Part shown: piece by piece, positions 8,891 to 14,132 of the stretch
Numbering within the stretch: the stretch's first letter is position 1
How the letters are laid out: each line of letters starts with the position of its first letter
DNA from: Geomonas azotofigens
Lineage (GTDB): Bacteria > Desulfobacterota > Desulfuromonadia > Geobacterales > Geobacteraceae
Assembly (NCBI RefSeq): GCF_018919395.1
Contig: NZ_JAHLME010000002.1
Location: forward strand, 698,182 to 722,181
DNA length: 24,000 bases
Direction of reading: 5' to 3'
Translations under genes and position numbers: made by a program
Notes under the pieces: model-generated
The model's input: only the letters and a program-made list of their open reading frames with translations
Databases searched by the model: none
What the model was told of the DNA's origin: nothing

Positions 8891-9540
8891 GCTGAAGGGG
8901 GCGAAGACTTTGGATGCTAAGCTATAGCAAGGGTTGGGCTTGAGGTAGTCGGTGATGATGTCGCTTACGAACATGTACTTGAGCTTGATGGCGCTTGGCC
9001 TACTTCTACTGGTCCAAACAATGTGTCGATGGTCATAGTGCTTCCTCCAATGTTTTTAATGTTTAATACTGACGACGTGAAATACTGACCTTAGATGTCT
9101 ACTTTTCACCATGTGATTCGAGCAACTCCACCTCCATATGTTTGCTCCAGATATATAGCGTAACCAGAAAGCGAATTCAAGTCACAAGAGATAAATTTTA
9201 GACGTAATTACAGTAAGTTAGAAAGATGCGCAGAAAACGTGCAAGTTGCAAAAGTACCTATTTTTGCGACACAACCAAAACATTTATCCACAGATTATTG
9301 GGATTTTTCCACAGGCACAGTTGAAAGGTGTTGCAATTGTCACGTTACAATACAATAATTAGATTGAAGACAATGTGATAGTACCAGCGGTGGATCGCCT
9401 GCTCAATGCAACAAAGCAGAAGGCAAGTGAATGCTTTGAAGCAAGAAGATGATGGGGGCAATTGTCTACAGCTTTATGCACCGGCTGCTGATATACATAC
9501 AACACAAATTTTGAGCGTTTAACTCAACAACGAGGCTCTT

Positions 9541-9915
9541 ATGAAACAGGACGAATCTGCCGGACCTAAAACGATACTTCTTGTTGATGACGAGGCCCAA
9601 ATGAGGTCCTTGCTCTATACCCTCCTTACTAATTATGGTTACAACGTCATACAGGCGGTTGATGGACAGGATGCGCTAGATAAGTTCGAGCTAAACCAGC
9701 AGTGTATCAATTTGGTTGTAACTGACATCGTCATGCCTAGAATGGATGGTATCTCTAGCTTTAAAGAAATGAGCAAGAGAAATGCATCAGTTCGCGTACT
9801 TTATATGAGCGGATATATTCCAGAGCGGCCACTTCCGGAAGGCGTTAGTATCCTCCTAAAGCCATTCTCTCCTCTAGACTTTCTTCAAGCGGTTCACTCC
9901 ATCCTTGGCGACTAG
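9541..9915 (+). CDS. Stand-alone response-regulator receiver (CheY-like) protein
   Basis: 124 aa. ILLVDDEAQMR...LVVTDIVMPRMDG...YMSGY...LLKPF carries the DD / D / K receiver signature. GAGG lies 5 nt upstream. GC content is lower than in the neighbouring genes. Confidence 0.85.
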   Translation: MKQDESAGPKTILLVDDEAQMRSLLYTLLTNYGYNVIQAVDGQDALDKFELNQQCINLVVTDIVMPRMDGISSFKEMSKRNASVRVLYMSGYIPERPLPEGVSILLKPFSPLDFLQAVHSILGD

Positions 9916-9966
9916 ACCAAATTTCATTTTTTCACCTCAGGTGCTCAATCAGCTTCATGGTTGTAA

Positions 9967-9990
9967 ATCGGATTCCAATTTTAACTCACC
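9967..9990 (+). repeat. Extra 24-nt copy of the repeat head (ATCGGATTCCAATTTTAACTCACC)
   Basis: Matches the first 24 nt of copy A (8759-8782) with 3 mismatches, and of copy B (10050-10073). It is followed directly by the ORF-fragment duplicate. Confidence 0.7.
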
Positions 9991-10007
9991 TTCCTCCTGC
10001 CGGGTGC

Positions 10008-10041
10008 TCGGCGGGGGAAGATTTGCCTTTTTCCTGCTCAG
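10008..10041 (+). repeat. 34-nt exact duplicate of an internal segment of the 11565..11936 gene
   Basis: TCGGCGGGGGAAGATTTGCCTTTTTCCTGCTCAG is identical at 10008-10041 and 11747-11780, in the same orientation. Weaker similarity extends about 25 nt upstream in both copies. Confidence 0.9.
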
Positions 10042-10049
10042 GCGTGTCG

Positions 10050-10182
10050 ATCGGCACCCAACTTTAACCCACCATCGGCATCTTGAGACCCACCCCCTCA
10101 ATCTGTAAAGCCTCAATATTTCACAGGGGGTGGGTCACCCTTGGACGCCGATACTGGGTTAAAATTCGAAGCCGATCCACAA
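10050..10182 (+). repeat. Copy B of the diverged ~130-nt direct repeat (contains a 12-bp perfect stem at 10087-10098 / 10125-10136)
   Basis: Colinear with 8759-8890. GACCCACCCCCT pairs perfectly with AGGGGGTGGGTC. Confidence 0.8.
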
Positions 10183-10207
10183 CAACCGTCGACGGGAGTC
10201 CACCAAG

Positions 10208-10591
10208 CTATAACTGCCTATCATCAGGAGTCAAATCTTGATACATTCCCGAGACATCCACCTGAGCAGCAACACCATTTACCCTGCACCAAGCTCCCCA
10301 CACGTAGTCGCCGTCAGCGTCATACCCCGACCTGCCCGTGAGTACGTACACCCTCCCAGATCTCGTCACACATTTCCTCGTCTCGGGATCATAGGAAACG
10401 ATGGCGGTGCTCACCCGGCCCTCAAAATCATACCGGTTGTAGCCAACGATGTGGCGTTCTCCTGCACAGGGCCCTTCAAGCACCTCGAGAATCCGCCAGC
10501 GCTCTATGACGACCTCAGGCTGCTCTGCCACAGAAGGGGTTTTCCAGAATCCGCCGATGATGAGCATTTCGCTCTCCGTTTTTTTTGTCAT
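10208..10591 (-). CDS. Hypothetical protein (127 aa), last gene of the four-gene operon
   Basis: The ATG overlaps the upstream stop (ATGA at 10588-10591) and AAGGAGA lies upstream. I recognise no family. Confidence 0.6.
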   Translation of the reverse strand: MTKKTESEMLIIGGFWKTPSVAEQPEVVIERWRILEVLEGPCAGERHIVGYNRYDFEGRVSTAIVSYDPETRKCVTRSGRVYVLTGRSGYDADGDYVWGAWCRVNGVAAQVDVSGMYQDLTPDDRQL

Positions 10592-11082
10592 ATTCCTTTC
10601 TCCTTATCAGCCGTAACATCGACTCCCATGTCGTGAGCAAAAACATAAAACATCCGAACTGCCAGCAGCCTCTCCAGGTAGCGCTGCTGCATAACGCGCG
10701 CTTCTCGAAGCCAGCTAAGTACTTTGTGGTTTCGACTGCTGCCCTTTAGCATTTCCTTTTCCAGCTTGAACATGTGACCAAAGGCTGGATTCAGGGCCGA
10801 ACCGTAGAAAACATCTACATCCAGTTGCCTTGCTGGTAACGCCATATGCCGGTCCTCCGACCAATGATCCAACAGCAGCTTCGCCGAGGCGGTGAAGACA
10901 TAGCTAGGGATGTGGCGGTGCCGGAACTCCCACTCGCTCACCCGAGTCTCAGGAACAGGGGAATAAGGGACCCCCTGGGAGTAAATGGCGATCTGTTCAC
11001 CCATTTGCTTCATGGTGAGATCCAAGGTCTGCCTGATTCTCCTGATATCAACCGGAACAATCTGCTTTTGCCTGTCATTCAT
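10588..11082 (-). CDS. HTH (XRE-like) domain protein with an uncharacterised C-terminal domain
   Basis: Strong SD AAGGAGG 5 nt upstream. The N-terminal IRRIRQTLDLTMKQMGEQIA...VSEWE pattern is typical of Cro/C1-type HTH domains. Confidence 0.6.
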   Translation of the reverse strand: MNDRQKQIVPVDIRRIRQTLDLTMKQMGEQIAIYSQGVPYSPVPETRVSEWEFRHRHIPSYVFTASAKLLLDHWSEDRHMALPARQLDVDVFYGSALNPAFGHMFKLEKEMLKGSSRNHKVLSWLREARVMQQRYLERLLAVRMFYVFAHDMGVDVTADKEKGI

Positions 11083-11100
11083 GGTTTACCTCCTTTTTTT

Positions 11101-11568
11101 TCATACTCCGGACCAGTATTTCCTGAGATCTTCAAGCCGTGTTGCACGCGCCACATACTCCTGGGTCAACTCGAGCCTCCGCACTGCGTAAAGAAGCCCA
11201 TTACACTCCCCTGCAAGCGCACGGAGCCTCACGTGGAGTTCCCTGTGCAGCCTTGGAGGCAGGGCTACAAGGTTCGAAGGATCGTTGTCATCTTTCCGCT
11301 CGTTTACGTGGTGGACAAACCATCCCTTCGGGACTTTTTTCCCGTTGACCATTTCCCACACTATGATGTGCTCCATTCGCCGGATCACGGATTTTCCAAC
11401 CGGAAGAAGCCGCTCTATGTACCCACTCGAAGTTACGATCGCCCGTGCTTTTTGAAACCAAGCCGGATCGCTGCTGTCTATGGCGAGTTCGGCGACACGC
11501 ACAGGCGCCACAACCTGTTTACCCTTGCCAGAGTGATGCTTGTTTCCAGCCACAGCCAGGTCCGTCAT
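11101..11568 (-). CDS. HNH endonuclease
   Basis: EHIIVWEMVNGKKVPKGWFVHHVNERKDDNDPSNLVALPPRLHRELH gives an H-N-H arrangement as in phage-type HNH_3 nucleases. The start overlaps the upstream stop (ATGA at 11565-11568). Confidence 0.8.
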   Translation of the reverse strand: MTDLAVAGNKHHSGKGKQVVAPVRVAELAIDSSDPAWFQKARAIVTSSGYIERLLPVGKSVIRRMEHIIVWEMVNGKKVPKGWFVHHVNERKDDNDPSNLVALPPRLHRELHVRLRALAGECNGLLYAVRRLELTQEYVARATRLEDLRKYWSGV

Positions 11569-11936
11569 GCCAGTCCCCCCATCGCTCCGTAAAGCATCTT
11601 TGCTTCCACGAACGCCCTGCTGTTCAAAAACCGATACCCACCAAAGTCGAACAGCGGCACATCGGGCACTCCCTGGACGCGATCGTGCACCATCTGGATT
11701 TTGACCCGGAACTCCATGAAAAAAGCAACCACCTCCCGCCGGGAATTCGGCGGGGGAAGATTTGCCTTTTTCCTGCTCAGCCGCAAGCCCTGCTCTGCGA
11801 CTTCGAGAAAATCACGCGTCTGTTCTGTTGCCAGATTGTGCAGGACATCGGCGACCTCCGGATCAAGCTGGTCCAAGGTCATCCCAACGTTCTGCCCTAC
11901 CCATTGCCGAACATCCTTTTTCCCTCTCATGTTCAT
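11565..11936 (-). CDS. Hypothetical protein, first gene of the four-gene operon
   Basis: ORF track 11565..11966 (GTG). The ATG at 11936 (MNMRGKKD...) lies 4 nt after GGGAGGG. It contains the 34-nt segment duplicated at 10008-10041. Confidence 0.55.
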   Translation of the reverse strand: MNMRGKKDVRQWVGQNVGMTLDQLDPEVADVLHNLATEQTRDFLEVAEQGLRLSRKKANLPPPNSRREVVAFFMEFRVKIQMVHDRVQGVPDVPLFDFGGYRFLNSRAFVEAKMLYGAMGGLA

Positions 11937-12001
11937 GGTTCCCTCCCATGCGTTAAGTTCGTTCACAGAAGATCAACCCCCGTCAACTGTTCACAAATGC
12001 C

Positions 12002-12030
12002 ATTATATCACGTCGCGCGCGCGAACTCAA
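12002..12030 (-). promoter_or_regulatory. Sigma70-type promoter candidate for the four-gene operon
   Basis: The minus strand reads TTGAGT (12030-12025), a 17-nt spacer, then TATAAT (12007-12002). It is overlapped and flanked by repeated GCGCGAAC (12019, 12045) and GTTCAC (11961, 11989, 12037) motifs. Confidence 0.45.
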
Positions 12031-12058
12031 CAAAAAGTTCACGTGCGCGAACATCTTC

Positions 12059-12087
12059 TTGATACTCATCCACCGCTATGCTAAAAA
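12059..12087 (+). promoter_or_regulatory. Promoter candidate for the XRE gene (would give a leaderless or near-leaderless mRNA)
   Basis: TTGATA (12059-12064), a 17-nt spacer, then TAAAAA (12082-12087). The ATG at 12094 lies 7 nt downstream and has no convincing SD. Confidence 0.3.
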
Positions 12088-12093
12088 TGGGGC

Positions 12094-12450
12094 ATGGAAA
12101 AGATCATCGACCAGCAGATGTTTATCGACCGCTTGCGCGATCACATGGTATCTAAAGGATTCAGCCAGGCAGCCCTTGCCAGGGCCGCGGAACTCTCCCC
12201 ATCTGTCCTCAGCATGTACTTTTCCGGCACCCGAACCCCAAATAGGGAGGCGCTCATGCGCCTTGCCAAGGCGCTTGATTGCTCAGTCGACTATCTTGTG
12301 GGGCGCAAATCGAGGTCCGAAATCGAAGACCTGGTTCAACAGGAAAAGATTCAAGAACTTATCGCAGAGTTCAGCGCCCTTTCCGCACATGACCAAAACC
12401 GCATCATGGATATGATTCGCCTGCTGCGTGCCGGCACCACATCTGAATAG
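12094..12450 (+). CDS. XRE-family (Cro/C1-type) HTH transcriptional regulator
   Basis: 118 aa. FIDRLRDHMVSKGFSQAALARAAELSPSVLSMYFSGTRTPNREALMRLAKALDCSVDYLVG is a canonical HTH_3 domain. It is divergent from the operon. Confidence 0.85.
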   Translation: MEKIIDQQMFIDRLRDHMVSKGFSQAALARAAELSPSVLSMYFSGTRTPNREALMRLAKALDCSVDYLVGRKSRSEIEDLVQQEKIQELIAEFSALSAHDQNRIMDMIRLLRAGTTSE

Positions 12451-12477
12451 CTCCCCTTCCGCCGTCCCTTCATGCAC

Positions 12478-12531
12478 AATAAAAAACGGGGCTCGCCCGC
12501 CACTGCGTTGCAGTGACAGACGAGCCCCGTT
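12478..12531 (-). terminator. Rho-independent terminator of the recombinase-like gene (may also stop the convergent XRE gene)
   Basis: 11-bp outer stem AACGGGGCTCG / CGAGCCCCGTT with an inner stem CACTGC / GCAGTG. On the minus strand it is followed by TTTTTTATT. Confidence 0.65.
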
Positions 12532-12565
12532 CACTTTGTGATGGCTCCGTTGCTGGATAGATTGC

Positions 12566-13393
12566 CTAGCGGCAGTAGTGGGAAATGACATCGATTCTGC
12601 CGTGCCCGAGATCCCTGGCAATGGCCTCGCGGTCAACGCCAGCCGCTTTCAAAGCCTGAGCGTACCCATGCCTGGCAAGGTGCGCATTCGCACCATTCTC
12701 TTTCGTGGCACCCGCGCGATGCAGGGCATTACGCTGAAAGTCATAGGCCTGCTTGAGGGTCATGCTGGCGGGGATCAAGGATTTTGCTCCTGTTTCGGCC
12801 AAATGTTGCTTAAGAGTTGCCAAGGCAGCGCCTTTTTCAGGTGTATCGACTGTAAGGCTTCGAGGCCGACCACCCTTTGTACCTTCAATCTTGAGCAAAG
12901 TCCTGCCACGAGTATCGGTAAAGGTGATTTTGGTGAGAAGACTTTCCTTCACCCGGGTGCCAAAGGAAGCACGAAGGTCACTTGCGATTCCCAGCCACTC
13001 CGCCTTTTCATACAGAGCCTGGCGTACCTCCAGCATCTTTTCAACGTTCGGATCTTTCGGCTGAAGGCGAGTACCGGCTCTGGAACCTCCCAATGCTCCG
13101 TTGTCTCGGGGGACGATATTAGCCTTCCCGATAGCACCGGCGAGCGTTCTCATTGCCGTAGCGTACCCGCTGATAGTTGATGGAGACAAGCCTTCAGACT
13201 TGAGCTTTTCAAATAGGTCGTTCACGAACTTGCCACCAACCTGGTCCATATGCTGGTAGCCCTTTTGGGCGGCAAATTCTGCGATACGATTAAGATTTCC
13301 GAGAAGTTTTTCCCGGGTCAATGACGCGCCATTCCAATTTTTCCCTATCACGTTCCGTGCTTCCTGTTGCAGTTTCTCTGTGTGCGTTCCCAT
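12566..13393 (-). CDS. Short tyrosine-recombinase-like protein (integrase-domain protein)
   Basis: 275 aa with GGGAGG 7 nt upstream. Candidate catalytic pattern: R in FGTRVKESL, K in EGTKGGRPR, HLARH (H-x-x-R) and GHGRIDVISHY (H...Y). The family assignment comes from motif spacing only. Confidence 0.6.
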   Translation of the reverse strand: MGTHTEKLQQEARNVIGKNWNGASLTREKLLGNLNRIAEFAAQKGYQHMDQVGGKFVNDLFEKLKSEGLSPSTISGYATAMRTLAGAIGKANIVPRDNGALGGSRAGTRLQPKDPNVEKMLEVRQALYEKAEWLGIASDLRASFGTRVKESLLTKITFTDTRGRTLLKIEGTKGGRPRSLTVDTPEKGAALATLKQHLAETGAKSLIPASMTLKQAYDFQRNALHRAGATKENGANAHLARHGYAQALKAAGVDREAIARDLGHGRIDVISHYCR

Positions 13394-13415
13394 AAATTGA
13401 CCTCCCGTAAGTGAT

Positions 13416-13467
13416 GTGCTGCGGCATGCGTTCCTGATTTGGCAATCAGGAGCGCATGCCGCAGCAC
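13416..13467. repeat. 52-nt near-perfect inverted repeat (24-bp arms, 4-nt spacer)
   Basis: GTGCTGCGGCATGCGTTCCTGATT-tggc-AATCAGGAGCGCATGCCGCAGCAC. It has 23 Watson-Crick pairs plus one T-G pair (13431/13452) and starts 23 nt upstream of the recombinase-like ATG. Confidence 0.9.
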
Positions 13468-13701
13468 ACCGCCTAGCCCCAGCAGATGCTGTTGAGTGTA
13501 GGTGTCTGTGGTCTTCAGTTTAGAAAACCACCGAATGCGGGCCATAGTGGTCCGCATCGCCACAGGTTTTAGCCTCGTCTCGTAAGGCGAGGATCCCCAT
13601 CAGGGGCATTCCTGCGTGACATTTGCCGCCCCGATCGCGATCGGGACAGGCTGGGGATGAGTCATATGGAAACGCGCGTTGCGCGGAATTGTAGGAGTGC
13701 A

Positions 13702-13720
13702 AGGTGGCGGGGGAATCGAA
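13702..13720 (-). other. Degenerate tRNA-fMet 3'-end-like sequence (candidate relic att)
   Basis: Plus-strand AGGTGGCGGGGGAATCGAA compared with the tRNA TGGTTGCGGGG(ACAG)GATTTGAA gives 9/11 plus 6/8 matches with a 4-nt gap, in the same orientation as the tRNA. Confidence 0.3.
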
Positions 13721-13860
13721 ATTGAGAATTTCGAAGCGCCGAATCTCTTCGAGATTCGGCGCTAACGTGTCGGCAGCATTAAGGAATTGCCTGCCGTCTC
13801 TTTCTCAACGCTTCGCTTATGAGTAAAGAGACGGCAGGTCCCTCTATTGCGCGTCAACGC

Positions 13861-13887
13861 AGGTTGTGGTGGCAGGATAGACGAACC
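13861..13887 (-). other. Degenerate tRNA-fMet 3'-end-like sequence (candidate relic att)
   Basis: Plus-strand AGGTTGTGGTGGCAGGATAGACGAACC compared with the tRNA TGGTTGCGGGGACAGGATTTGAACC gives 14/18 plus 5/7 matches with a 2-nt insertion, in the same orientation as the tRNA. Confidence 0.4.
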
Positions 13888-14132
13888 GCAGAAGAACCTG
13901 CGGTCCGGCAAGCTATCGCTTGCATCAGTGGAGAGCATCAAGAAAGCATTTTGATGCCAAAGTGGAGATCATGAAGAGTGCGGTTGAATCCGGCGTGGCA
14001 TCATCTACTTAATGTATGCGAAAGCAGATTCTTGAGGGAGGTAGCCCTCCGGTACTCTTTCTGCCAGAGGGCCTTCTTGTAGGAATTATGAGGACCACTG
14101 CGATCCCAGCAGCGACTGTCCCTTCACGGGGA

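Larger units (their letters stand above)
10183..13701. mobile_element. Distal accessory module with its own tyrosine-recombinase-like gene (possibly an older tandem element)
   Basis: Bounded on the right by the tRNA-3'-end-like relics at 13702-13720 and 13861-13887, and on the left by repeat copy B. It contains a recombinase-like gene, an XRE repressor and a four-gene operon. The boundaries are inferred, not proven. Confidence 0.35.
13394..14132. other. Hairpin-dense ORF-free intergenic region (candidate structured RNA, att/arm-site region or origin)
   Basis: At least 11 stems of 5-24 bp, a 16-nt perfect palindrome and a 12-nt direct repeat (see findings). Only implausible Cys/His/Arg-rich ORFs are present. 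Confidence 0.6.

Noticed and set aside
8666-8920. An 84-aa plus-strand ORF across repeat copy A, and the small ORFs 3927..4109 (+), 3981..4175 (-), 1194..1379 (-), 13348..13563 (-), 13520..13702 (-) and 14905..15226 (+).
   Set aside because: None has an SD, their compositions are odd, and they overlap repeats, hairpins or terminators. They are most likely non-coding.
8965-9036. A 23-codon minus-strand ORF (MTIDTLFGPVEVGQAPSSSSTCS) with a very strong SD (GGAGGAAG). A shifted frame continues into repeat copy A and ends ...SLWVGFEF.
   Set aside because: It is too short and has no recognisable family. It may be a truncated or frameshifted remnant or a micro-ORF, but I cannot support a call from sequence alone.
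9932-9958. A minus-strand mini-ORF ATGAAGCTGATTGAGCACCTGAGGTGA (MKLIEHLR*) that resembles the 5' end of zinc-ribbon paralog 1 (ATGAAGCTTATCTATTGCATTAGGTG).
   Set aside because: Only 17/26 nt are identical, mostly at the two ends. There is no SD and no similarity beyond this stretch, so it could easily be chance.
10158-10182. The tail of the 130-nt repeat (AAAATTCGAAGCCGAYCCACAA) contains TTCGAAT on the minus strand and looked tRNA-T-loop-like.
   Set aside because: There are no flanking T-stem complements and no acceptor-like sequence. Similarity to the tRNA-fMet 3' end is poor, so it is not supported as a tRNA fragment.
13416-13467. The idea that the 52-nt inverted repeat plus the adjacent recombinase-like gene is a protelomerase/telomere-resolution-site pair.
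   Set aside because: At 275 aa the protein is far smaller than known telomere resolvases. The repeat centre (tggc) is not palindromic, unlike tel sites. The arrangement is noted only as an analogy.
13394-14132. Attempted identification of the hairpin-rich region as tmRNA, RNase P RNA, a group II intron, a retron msr/msd, or a cobalamin or c-di-GMP-I riboswitch.
   Set aside because: - The signature sequences I know are absent: the tmRNA tRNA-like ends, the RNase P GAGGAAAGUCC motif, intron domain V, the B12 box and the GEMM-I CGCAAAGC core.
- There is no reverse transcriptase gene nearby.
- There is no downstream plus-strand gene that a riboswitch could control.

A covariance-model scan is still needed.
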